NCBI RefSeq assembly: GCF_037042905.1
Contig: NC_087263.1
Coordinates: forward strand, 13,146,001 to 13,210,000
Direction of reading: 5' to 3'
DNA from: Lytechinus pictus
Lineage: Eukaryota
Length of the DNA: 64,000 nt
The position numbers and the translations under genes are program-made. The notes below the pieces were generated by a model. That model made no database searches, had not been told where the DNA came from, and was given only the letters and a program-made list of their open reading frames with translations. Below are positions 39,601 through 52,177 of this stretch, one piece after another. Numbering within the stretch: the stretch's first letter is position 1; each line of letters begins with the position of its first letter.

Positions 39601-41945
39601 TTTTATGATGAAAACCTCTTTCTCTTTCCATCCCTCTCCCTCTCGCTCTCTCTCTTTGCACTCATTTTTCTAAGTTTCAAACATCACAATTCATATTTTC
39701 ATGAAATAGTTTGGCAACATACACAGAATCACGTACATGTACAGTATGCATGCTTCATTTTTGTTTTCAATTTTCCTTATTTGAAAACTTTGTTTCTAAA
39801 AGTATTCTAGTACATTATACTTTCATGCCAGTCAGTTACATTCTTTTCATTCATTTTTTTTTCTGGCATATAATTTCACTTTATATAATCAAATCAAACA
39901 AAACATATCATTTTCACATACCATAGTACTCAATATCAAAACATCTTCATTCTATGATTCTATAAACTCGATCTTAAAGACTTTCAAGAATTCAGTTTAA
40001 GGCTATTTCAGTACCACAAGTATAAGAAGTAATAGTGCTCGTTCTTTGATGGCCAAAATCCAAAAAGAGTGGTTTGTGAGTGAATTCTGAGTGAGAATGT
40101 GTGCTTTGACTCATTCTATCTGCAACTGGAGAGACAAATTACCACGATCACTCTAAAATCCAAGAGTGATTGTTGATTTCACTCCAAAATGAGTGAAAAT
40201 GCAATTTCAATCCAAATTAACTTTAGATTCACTCACTTCAAAATCAACTCCTATACAGAGTAAATATAATAATAGCACACCTTGGATTAGACAGATGGCG
40301 CTATGCAAACTATCATTATTATTATAATTTTTATATAATTATTATTTTGAGACTATGTCCCTTCTATTGTATGTTTCTTCTATTGTATGTTTCATAGAAC
40401 GCGACACGACATTTGCTCCGGCGACAATTGGTCCGGGCTTTATTTCGTCTAAGATATAGGTTGCAATAGGGTTTAAGTTAGGTTTAAGATAGGTTAAAGT
40501 GTTAAATCCAGGGTTGAAGTTGGTCATTCTACTTGTGGGTGGAATTTACAGCAGAGCAATTGTCGCCAGAGCAAACATCATGGAACCTCATAGAAGTCAC
40601 ATCGATGAAAGAGCCAGATTCTTTACGATTATTACAAACTTTGAAACTGAATTCTTGAAAGTTTTGATGATCACATAATGGCAAATCCACAAGACAGTGC
40701 GTCACTTTGAAACCATTCAAAATCAAATCTAACATGAGATATAGCCTGAGTGCATATAAATGGATCAAACTTGCAACAATTTTATCAAGAAAATATTCAT
40801 AACCAACATAAAGAGAATTTTCTGCGCTATTCATTTAAAAATAAGCAGAATTACAATCACACAGAAAAGAAATATACAGCACAAAATAAATTATATACTG
40901 TAGTAGTACCTGAGTATAAAAAACAATTTTACTTTCAACGCCATGAAATGTGATTTGATCAAAATACAAACAAACTTGAGTAAAATTGAAAATGGAAATG
41001 GAAAAAAAGATGTTTATTCTCATGTTACAAATGGGATTTCCCAATATCAGAGACTCTATTTTGAACAGTGATAGAGAATTATAGTGAAATGTCTTCTTGG
41101 CTCAGTGCCACATGAATTAAAAAAATATATATTAGTTCAGCTGTACTAAAAATTTATTTCAATTCCGCTGACTGCAATTTTAATATTCATCTGACGTATG
41201 ACAATCGCAGATCAGGGCTTTTGGGGAACTTATGTTTAATAGCATACAGACTATTCATTACACAATAGAAACAAATGAAGCAGTTTTGTACTAAATCAAA
41301 CTTATTATTTGATGAATAACAGAAATTTCATGGAATCAATATTTATTCCTTTAACAGGTACTAAAGTTCTAATACAAAAAGGTGAATCATGTGTCATAAA
41401 TAATCACCCTCCATACCTCAATCCATTTGAGTGAATTAAAACAAAGGAATACAAAAAAATTAATATTCCTTAAGGACGAATGTGTGGGTTAGCCGTTAGC
41501 ACTCACTGCACCAAACACCTCAATTACATAGTTTTACATGAATATCATGACTGTTACAAACCAAGTAATTCACTATGGGGGGGTTTAAGAGACCTTTCTG
41601 ATTATCAGGGGAGTGTTGCCTACAAGTGTCAAGTTGTCATGGCAACAATTACCGACTGGAAAACAGGGAGGAGTGGAGGAATAAAGAAGGAACCAAGTTC
41701 CTTCAGGGTCCTAATCGTACCTTGTAGGGGAAGACACTCATTGCTTGGGTTTTTAAGATTTTCAGATTAAGGGGTAACACGTCCGGATTGGAAGCGTGGG
41801 TGTGACTCCGTTGAGGGGGCGAGGTATTCGTGCTCTCTCGATCAAAGTGTTGTCATCTTTATGTCAAAACATTAATGCTCTATCCCCTAGAGATGGCTCT
41901 CTTTTTCCCATGCAAAAAATATTACATTTACATGGTCTACAAGCA

Positions 41946-42802
41946 GGTCGAATTCTCGACTCGTCCGATTACCATCAGCATGGCCAAAGCCCATTTGGTC
42001 TATCATCAGTTTGGTCCATTTGCCAATTGGGCTACTAGCAGATGGTCTAATTCTCAGATAAGCCAACACCATCATAGCTAAACCCACTTGGTCTAATCCC
42101 ACTTTGGTCTAATTACTATTTGGTCCAACTTTTCATTTGTTCTAATACTCAGTGTATGACTTAGTAATGAAATTTCTGTCTTGCAACATGCAACTACTTG
42201 AAACGGATAGTGTGGATCATACACTCTTCCATTGACCCAATGAACAGGCATAGTCCTACAAGCATCGTTGGATTGAAGTAAAGTAAAGTAAGTTGGTCTA
42301 ATTTCTACTTTGGTTACCAACTATTTCCACTTTATCAAATACAAATTTGGTTCATAAGAAGTATAGAATACATGGTTTTAGATCAAGTGGATATTAGACA
42401 AAATGGGTAACACCTTATTGAAAATTAGACAAAGTAATAAAAGAGGCTTAATGGCAATTAGACCAAATAATAAGTAGACCAACTGGTAGTAGTTGAACTA
42501 GAATTATGTGGATATTAGGCAAAATTTGGGCAACACCTAACTGAAAATTAGACAAAGTGGCAAAATGGGCTTAATGGCAATTAGACCAAAATGATAAGTA
42601 GACCAACTGGCTGTACACTATAGGATTAGGCTATGTAGGGGATGAGACCAAATGGAAAGTAGACCAAGTGGGTGTGGACCAAGTGGCAATTAATTCAATT
42701 GGATTTACCAAATGGCTAGTAGATGAACTAGGATTAGACCATGTGGGATGAGACCAAATGGAAAGTAGACAAAGTGGGTGTAGCCCAAGTGGCAATTTAC
42801 AC
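41946..42802. mobile_element. Foldback-like element built from TTGGTCTA (left) and TAGACCAA (right) subrepeats; smaller relative at ~27195-27545
   Basis: Short motif repeated many times, with orientation switching mid-element. Internal tandem duplications at 42388-42610 and 42636-42790. Confidence 0.65.
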
Positions 42803-45189
42803 CAAACAAGGGGGTGTGAGGGCTGGAGAGTGGTGGTGGAGGTGAATGGGGAGGGTGAGAGGGGGAGGGTAACTGGATCATGGACGAAAGGGAGAGAAAG
42901 TATAGAAGAGAACCAAAAAAGTAAGATGGAAACTGGAGAGAAAGCCAAGAGAATGATTCATCGCTCATTTTTTTTCTCTCATCTTCCGTAGGGGAACTTG
43001 GCTCGCTTGCGGCCGAGGACACTTCCCGTTTCTGTCTGTCCTCATTAGTTCTTAACTGCGTTCACGTTTTCTTCCCATTTGAATTAACCCCTGAAACACT
43101 TGAGAGTGCATACAAGACATATCCAACTTGTAATCCATACACAGTAAATACAAAATGAAGTATACATGTGTAAATCTTATACAACCTGCTTCTTATAGTA
43201 AATGAACCTATGGATACTCTTTACTGGAGTTTATTTGAATAAGAGAGTTTGAATAAAAAATTGAAACAACACTATTCAACTTTTTATATAAAAAATGAAC
43301 CTTGTTCATTTAAGTTAAGCATTTTATTTAAAGTTCAAATAATACCTATCAGCTCATAATAAACTGATAGGTAATCTTTATTGGAGTTTATCTATATAAG
43401 AGAGTTTTGAACAAGAATTGAAGAAAAAAATAGTGTTCAACTATTAGGCAATCAATATGAAAGATTGAACATTGTTGTTTGGATTTTAAGCATTTTATAT
43501 GAAGTTCAATAATTCTTGGATCATTTCATCATGATGGTAAATTGGGTTACTATGTTACTGTGTATAGTTAGGATATGCGTTGGGTAGTTGTTTGGGCAGC
43601 ATGTCATAAAAAACAAATTACGGTCATTCTAAATCTGGCTAAATCTGGCTAAATCATTTGGCTTTGGAAAAAATATCATTGTTTAAACATACCAGGCAAG
43701 TTGATAAGACTCATCATTAATTTGTTTATTTCCTTATTAATTTTGAATATATAGCTTTGTCCAGTTCACAATAATAGTGTGTGGAAATGGGAGAGTCAAT
43801 GGGTAGCAATATGAATAAAAATAAAAATACAGATAATTTATGTACAATAAATGCATTTAAATTTTGCTGTACATATAAAAAAATATGTTGAATACTGCAT
43901 GGAGAACATTTCTCTGAATGCAAATACGCATTTAAGCAATGTTTTCTTTCTTTTTTTTTTTGCTGTAAATTTACTTTGACTAACAGACTCTGTAGTATAT
44001 ATATATATATATGTCATCAGATCACACATCAATGCATTGAACACACTAAACACAAGCAAGACACATAAACACAGTACTCACAAACCACACCAATAGCATA
44101 CAGAGAATTTGAAGATAGAATTATGACAGCTTATAATAACTCTAAAAGTTCAAAGGAATTATTAAAGAAAGCCCTGATTTAAGTTATTGATATATAAAGT
44201 AGCTGGGGGCAGTTGGACGGGCAAAGGCCACCCAAAACTTCCACAACTGACAAAGAAATTCAAAAGAGAGCAAGGTATTCTTGATATTATGCTAAATTTC
44301 AATGAATTTCATTTTCATACAGGTCAAAATTTGGCTCACTCATTTCACTTGCCTGCCAATTTTTAGACACTCCCTTTACCCCTGGATGCTATTAACAGAT
44401 TAAGGCAACAATTTTGAAAACCGTTGAATACTGGATTCTGTAGTACCCATAGCTTTTGTACAGGGAACATCCGGTTCCAATAGGCAATGGTTTAAAACAA
44501 AAGCTTCATTTAATTCAAATGGAGAACATTTGCACTAATTGAGACTCAAATGAGCATGGATTTTTGGAAGATATTGCAAATTCAGATAAAAAAAAAGACG
44601 GAGAGGGGAGGGGAGATAAAAAGAAGAGAGTAACAGGTACATAATAGGAGGGAGATCAACCCCAGTATACCAACTTCATGTTTGGAAAGGGGACAAAGGC
44701 AACAACTACAAACAAACAAAAAAAATCAAATAATTCTGATTGTCAAGGGAGATGGAAACAATTCTCATTATTTTCTGTCCATTTCTATATTGGTTTGTTT
44801 TGGTTCTTATTCATTTGTTATTAATTTGCTTATTAACCGATTAATTCATTTCTTCATTCATTTTCTTGTTGTTGCTTATTATAGTATGTGTAAGCCAACA
44901 ACTACCATTTCACAGTTCACATAATTGTTCCCCCTGCCCCACAGTAAACAGACTTCTGATACTGAAGGCATGGTGAAGAAAATATAATTAATGAATCAAA
45001 ATCTCTCATTTCTTGCCAATTCGTTTGATTATTTCATTTTACCCATGATGCACCATGATTTTTGCTTAGGCCTGAGGTGTATGGGTAGAGGTGTGCTCCT
45101 AAATGAATAAGCAGATTATGATTTCCACAAAGATGTTTAAAAGTTATGCATAACATTGGGAATATCGGGATAATGTTTTATTGGAAACT

Positions 45190-45315
45190 TATTTACTACA
45201 CCCAGGTGGAGAGTGGCAAATATAAATAAATGCTTTGGCAAAGGATGTGAGCACTGTGGTGGGGTTTGAATCCCAGACGTTGTGGCTCAGTTAGTCTGAA
45301 GACTTACATGCATCC
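45190..45315 (-). mobile_element. Degenerate tRNA-derived SINE fragment
   Basis: B-box-like GGGATTCAAACCCC on the minus strand (~45260-45275), followed by a SINE-like body (ccactctccacctgggtgta). Confidence 0.4.
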
Positions 45316-46406
45316 ACAAGGCAAACTATCCCAAATTGAACTTTGAAGCAAGCATATCACAGCTCCTTCATAGTGCACGGAAAATCTCCCACCAAACCCA
45401 TCTAGGTCAGCCGTAACTCTGAATTCTTGATGAGATTAAAAATGGGATAGGTCACTTGCTAACGACTCGGAAGGGTTTATTAAGATCTTATTTAGACCGC
45501 TGCTACAGGCTTCTCAATTTAAAGTCAAGAGATTTCGGAGGAAGGCGTGTAGTGTGGCATAATTTTTCAGGATGGTTAGTTAATAAAGTACATCAGAGAC
45601 TGCAATTAGTGATAGTCATTGGTGGAATCAAATTTCTTCCTTGCATGTTTGGCCGGGATTCAGATGCTTATAAACTATCTAAAGATTTTTTATATCAAGT
45701 TTATCAACTTTGACAAATCAATGATTACAATGCAGGCATTTATGTTCCATGAATGCTATCAGCATGAAAGCTCATAGGCAAGCAACCAGCGGACCAACAA
45801 TTTAAGCTCCTCTCCGAGGGACGTGGTAATGAAAAAATGCTTTTTCCAATGTGCATGAATACCGAACCATTGCAAGATCATCACTCATCTGACCGAGCTT
45901 CTTTGTCTAAAGATTTATCATTTATCTGCTTTGGTTTAGCTAGTCTTCTCTCTGAAATCATTTATTTTCTGTCTTATTTTGGACAAGGAGACTGCTGAAT
46001 AGATTGATGGATAATGTTGTAAGTTTGGAACAAGGCTAGAAAGAAATGATACACACTGGGGACAAAGCTAAATAAATTACTCATTTATACCTGACTGATA
46101 ATTCATGGAGTTTGGGAGTTGGCCAATGATTTAATTTTCTAGAGGATCATGGGAAGGGGCTCTTACATGTATCTTTAATATTTACCAACAGAACATTCTC
46201 AAGGAGTCCTTTCATATTACACATATGCTTTATGAGGGTCTCAGTTAATTTTCAAATCCATATGTTGGCGTGTAACATGGACTCATTTTTATATGAATGA
46301 TGTAGGAATGGCATAGCCACTGATATCCTTGACAACATATAAATTACAAAATACATACAAAGATTCAAATTCACTCATCCAGGGCAAACATGCAAAGTTT
46401 TCGCAG

Positions 46407-46565
46407 TGATAGATTGACAGACAGACGGATTGACAGACAGATAGATAGATGAATAGACAGACAGAAAGACAGACAGATAGATAGAGAGATAGATGGAGTA
46501 TTTATATAGATAGACATATATAATGAATGATAGAATTGATAGACAGATGGGCAGATAAATAGATG
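46407..46565. repeat. (TAGA/CAGA)n compound microsatellite
   Basis: Direct reading. Confidence 0.85.
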
Positions 46566-49251
46566 CAAAGATAAATGAATGCATAAATAATAAAAGGAGA
46601 ATAAGAAAAAAAGTATAGCAAAATAAAAAAGTGGTATAAGAACAGGAGGCCACGTAGTTACACTTACCACACACACGCATACCTTCCTCCACACACAAAC
46701 ACACACACACCCTCATCAATGGCATAATCATTCATCATACTTGCAGCACGTGAAAACAAAAAGTACATTGAGAATTCACACCATGAAACATAATGTAATA
46801 TATATATCACCTTCACTTTAGTTTAATATTCTTTTTCATATCAAAAAAATGTTCATATTCAAACATTTAAGACATGCATACAAAAAAGACAATTGCAAAG
46901 CTATATTTTGCATTATTTTGGCAGAACAGATGTATATATATATACTACAGAGTCTTTTTTAAATAGATTTTCTCAAAAAGAGAGTACCGAAAAAAAACAT
47001 TAGCAGATGAGCCAAGCTTGGATCAATAATATAACAGGTCTCTTGTTTGATTTTTATGAATATATGTAAGCAGCAATTTTCGTCAATTCCCGTATTTTCT
47101 TAGCACTCTTGAAAATGGAGAATGCTTCCATTTCCATGTTAAGAGTCATTTATCTTACATAAGCCTTTCGTAGACTTATTGTGCTAATGATCATCATAAT
47201 ATATATACAATGAACATTTCTGATATTTTCAATTTCAAATATGAATTCTTTTCATCAAATCTATTCTCTTTTATTTTGATATATGTTCAGCGTTGAGTTT
47301 GTTTTGATGACCTAACAAATGCCAAGACAAGAATGATGCTACTTCATCAAACAATATTTTTCTTAACGTAAATTAAATCATACGGAGTCAACTGGTCCCA
47401 CAAAAAGCAAATACATGCTGCCCTGATATTCACGTGTGTCATACTTGCTGAGATACTGTTAAATTATCTCTCTTATTTTCTCTCAAAAAGTTCAATCCTA
47501 CTTCGAAAACATATTGAAATTACAGATTGGCTAAGATAATTCTAAAAAGGTTATGGAGTTTTTCGTTAAAACCAAGCTGTGTAAAGGGGTCTGTCGCACA
47601 AGAGTTGCAATAAAAAGCGACTCCAAAATCAAACACACTTTGATTTTCAAACAATTAAAAATATGTATTTCGGATTTGCGCTTGATGTCAGTTTGTTTAT
47701 TAAGCTGGCCCCAATCATAGATTAGCTAGGATTAATTTCATAATAATCATAGTATGAATATTATGCTGAAGCCATGTTGTTCCAATTCCTTTTCTTCTCA
47801 TTTTTATGAACATGGAAAAAGGCACTAGAGATCAGGGACCCGTTTCATAAAACTTTTACCATAACAAAGTTGCAATAACAGTTAAAAGCTACTGAAATCT
47901 TTCAATCTGATTGGCTGATGGTATTATAACAAGTCTTTGTGAAATGGGACCCCGCTTTGATATGGACCTGAGCTTTAAGTCATGAATTTTACCAGATGAG
48001 GAAACAAAAAAAAGAAGGGAAGGGGTAAACCAAATTGGGAAAACCAAATTTCTAGTTAACAAACCACAAATATTTCACTTTTCATCTGCATATAAAAAAA
48101 AAAACAATTTTTCAAAATTGAAATTATACATCAAACATATGAAACAAATGAAAACAAAGATTGTCGACCAACGCACTTTCTGTTATTTTGTACTGTGCAA
48201 AACAGAACACAAGACTCACTATATTCACCGTGCTACAACTAAACATGAAAAACAGAAACACAAAACTTGATAAGGATCTGAGTCAGAGACAGACTTATGT
48301 CCCTAACATACCCCACAACTGAAATGCAACAAACAATAACACTTTCTTTAAATTAAAAAAAACACCAACTTTTTCTTTGTCTTAGCTACAAACGGTTTCA
48401 CCACCACTCGTCCACGACTTGATTTAACAAAAACAAAAATACTTCAAAATATGTAATGAATAGGTATGAATATAGAATATATATATTTTTGTGAATATTG
48501 TGACAAAATAAGTTGTGGCTACAAGTATAAGTTTGATCTGTTTCTTAACGATACCACAAGAAAAAATGTAATGATTGCACAGAAACACATGGGGAGTTAT
48601 AGAATATATAGTTTTATCACAGAATAAAGAGTATGATTACTCTCGCCAGGAGAATGTCACCCTTTAATTCCATTTGTATATATGATATTAGATGTATCAC
48701 ACCAGACCTCACAAAATTTAGAGCTTAACCCTACGGCTACCAAAGACACCCTCTACAACAGGCCTTTGCAGTCTACGAGTTAACACTTCACCAATAAGTT
48801 CATGTTACACATCCATTAATCAGTTTATACCACATCCATACAATAAAACCAATACTGAAATAAATAAACTAAAAAATACAGAAATTTACTCTCGTCATTC
48901 GGTTAATACCTCAATATACCACTGGTCACAAACTCTTTTTTTCGTTTTTTGGTTGTCATTAAAAAAAATTAATCTATGTCTAGGATTGTAAGCTATCGTC
49001 GAAAATCTAAGGACCCACACCGAGTTAGAATCACCAAGAAAGGAAAAAGCTATTTACCCACGTTTATTAGATAACGGGTTGATGTTAATTTGAATTAACA
49101 TGTGTATCTTTCGTCATGGCTTTCGGGACTGATTTATGCTGAGCTTGCTGCCATGTTTGCGATTAGCAGGCCGAAGAGCAATTTTGAATGTTTGAATGAG
49201 TCATGATATAACACACAATGTACAAGGGACCAGAGTCTCTCTCAGTGACTG

Positions 49252-51160
49252 TCATGACACCTCGATCATTTCGCAACTACTGCTGAGAGATCGTTGACTG
49301 CTCAGTGACCTCGTGTCAAAGTCTTCCTCGTCCTGGTCGAGCGCCGCCCGACCGTACTCTAGGATCTCCCGTCGCGCACTGACAACGATCTCAGAAGTGA
49401 CCACCTCCCGGGAGCACGAGCCGATCTCTTCGCAAGACTGGCTGCGGATGCTTGGGTGAAGCTTCGGTCGCTTTTTATTATTGCACTTCTTCTTATGTGG
49501 GTGTGTGGGTTCCGACGAGTCAGAGTCGCTTACATCCGGGGACCCAAAGTTACACTTGGTTATGTACGTTGCGACCCGATCCATCGCCGTGGTGGGGGAC
49601 TGGTGGATTCTTTGTGATTGCCCGGCTTCATCGATGCTGTTTCCGGATTCCTTACGCTTTGTCCAGACCACGCTGTCACCCTTGCTACTAGGACTGTCAT
49701 CTGTTTTTGCCTGAGGGAATGAGAAAGGGTTCCAGCCTGAAGGCAGTACCTGAGGGGTTTCCATATCAGCTGAAACCTTAGATTTTGGATTAGAGTCTGG
49801 TTTCAGGTTAGCACTACTGCAGGCACTACTTGCAGCAGAACTTAAGTTTATGTCTGGTGATATCCCAGAGCTAACTGAACCATGAGGTGTCATCCAGCAG
49901 CTAGGATCTAAAGCTGGGGAAGCTGTGCTGCTAAGACTTAGGTCACTAGTCACCGATTGTCCACTGCTTTGACGGGAGAAAAAGGGGTTCGAAACATTTC
50001 CTGCGACAACGGATGCAGAGGGGTGGATAGGGGGTGGAGAGTTTTGAGGTCCAAAAGTTGGTTTCTTTAGCGCACTTGGTTTTTGTTGGTCCTTTATGGC
50101 TGAGGAGTTTGCGACCCTTGAGCTACTTGAAGCAGGGTCTGGGTGGTTTATTCGCGAACGTCCAAATTGAAACCCTACAGATGTCTCACTGTGCTTGTGC
50201 CTCTGGCTCCGACTGGTCGAGGGTGAAGCAGGAGCAGTCAGGACCGATGATCCTGAAGCAGAAGGAATCAAATTCTCTGCAGCTTGTACCTCTGCGCAGA
50301 TTGTTTCAGAGTTTGAGACAAGTCCTTCTAATTTCAGCTTTGTTCTTTCCACCTTGCTCTTGGAGTTCTCTGGGTGGGACCTCTGGACACCGGTGGTCAG
50401 GCCTGACTGCTGAGCCTGAAACTTTGCGCATGCCTCCACAAAAGGGTTATTATTGCGAACTTCGGGTGAATGTACACTGAGGTGGCTCGTACCCCAAGCA
50501 AGTTGTTCAAGGAGGCCTGAGGGGCTATTGCAGAGGGATCGGGGCTTCTTTGAATCCCCTGGTGAATCGAGCAAAAGAGCGGTCTTCTTTACGTCAAGAC
50601 CTGTCGGTCGTTGCAAAGTCCTGCTCGGTGCATTTTTTAGGTCTAGCGTGAGGTGGCTTGTAGATCGTTTCTCTGTTACAAGCGTCTGCGTTCCAACTTC
50701 CGTAAGGGCGTCGCGGCTGAGTGATCTTTTGATTGACTTGTTTTCTGAGGTAGGTGTGGTGGGTGCGTCAGCGAAAGTGACACGGGGCAAAGTCCTGCTC
50801 AACCTGGGGCTTGCCTTCCCCGGGATGTAGGAGCACTTCAATGGCAGCGAGAGGTTTTCCAAACTGAGTTTCCTGATGTTGGGCTTCATCGGAAGCAAGG
50901 TATCCTCATGGCCCTTCTTGGGATGTGCAACCTTTGATGAGTCTTCCTTTGGTGATGTCAGCAGTACCAAAGGCTCACTGGCACAGGCACCCTCTTCCTT
51001 CTCCTTCTTCTCTGAAGGCTCAACGTCCTCCTTTGGAGGTCCTGAAGGCTGTAAGGTCGAAGGGAGGCCCTGCCTCGTTCGGATAATCTTCTCATACTCC
51101 AAGAGCTGACCGAGGAAGTTGAAGTTTGGAGATATGGTCGCCCTCTTCTCTTTGACATAC
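49252..51160 (-). CDS. DUSP16: Dual-specificity MAPK phosphatase DUSP8/16-like, last exon (end of catalytic domain plus ~600-aa Ser/Pro-rich tail)
   Basis: YVKEKRATISPNFNFLGQLLEYEK... ending CEMIEVS*. Acceptor TTTCAG| at 51161. Likely co-ortholog of vertebrate DUSP8 and DUSP16. Confidence 0.95.
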
Positions 51161-52053
51161 CTGAAATTGACAACAAAAAATAATAATTTAGAAGTCTTAT
51201 CCAATGTTATATACTTTCCACATAAAATTTCAAATGCAAGTAAATTAAATCAAATTTAAACAATGGAATGACAATAAAGATGCAATAACATAACAGTCAT
51301 GATATAAATAAATTTTCTTTCTCTGACTCTATAATTACACTTAGAACTGTAAAATATATATTACATCCTTAACGACTAGCCTAAAAAAAATCTAAATCAC
51401 TCTAGCAAATAGGGAGTCAGTTCATTGTTGGGGTATTGCCAGAGAGATTGAAAGAAAACATAAATATGTATGGGTGGGTCCCTGGCATGCATGAAGGTTG
51501 ATTGCTATTCATTATGATCGCGCATGTTCTATCAGGGTCAACCTTGCTATCTGGCGGACCTAACCTTGTATCCTCAACCAATTTCCTCCTCTGAGTCCCG
51601 CTACCGGGGCCATCAATCCGACCTCACTGACTCATCCTCTAAAAATACTTTCTTCCGACCCCCTAGCTTTCTATTACATCAAAAAGACATCAGAAGATTT
51701 ATGTCTTCTTCCTATGCTTCAACACAGGGGGATTAAAAAATTTCACAGGTCAGATCTTAATGAAGTAATAAATTTGTTGTTTGGTTACTTTGGTAATTTG
51801 GGTTTTTGGTATTAAAGACAAAGTGAATTAATTTAATTTCATAAAGACAATTTAACAGTGAAAGATAGGTGCCAAGAAATTTGCTCTTATCACAAGTTGA
51901 GTATTAAACATAGTTTACTGATTATAAGTATTAATTGGTAGGCATTGAAGACATTATCTAGAAAATATATATCTCTGAAGGTTCTGTAGCTTGGTGCCAA
52001 GATTGTCATTATCTGCAAGATGAAATGCACCCATGGCAGTGCAGTTTACTTAC

Positions 52054-52177
52054 TTATAGGCCTCGTCGACGTTCATATTGAGGTAACGCATGATAAAGGC
52101 AATTGCTACGGTTGGAGAACGAGAGATCCCGGCGAGACAATGAACGATGACGGATCCGTTTGCTGACCGGACTTTGT
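52054..52177 (-). CDS. DUSP16: DUSP8/16-like catalytic exon
   Basis: DKVRSANGSVIVHCLAGISRSPTVAIAFIMRYLNMNVDEAY with an intact HCxxGxxRS active site; CAG|..|GTAAGT. Confidence 0.97.

Noticed and set aside
41600..41860. GC-richer island that might be an exon or ncRNA
   Set aside because: No convincing splice sites, domain or RNA family recognisable by eye.
49452..51109. Overlapping plus-strand ORFs
   Set aside because: Antisense shadows of the GC-richer DUSP last exon.
51161..51204. N-terminal extension of the 650-aa ORF (MDKTSKLLFF...)
   Set aside because: Intronic polypyrimidine tract upstream of the AG acceptor.
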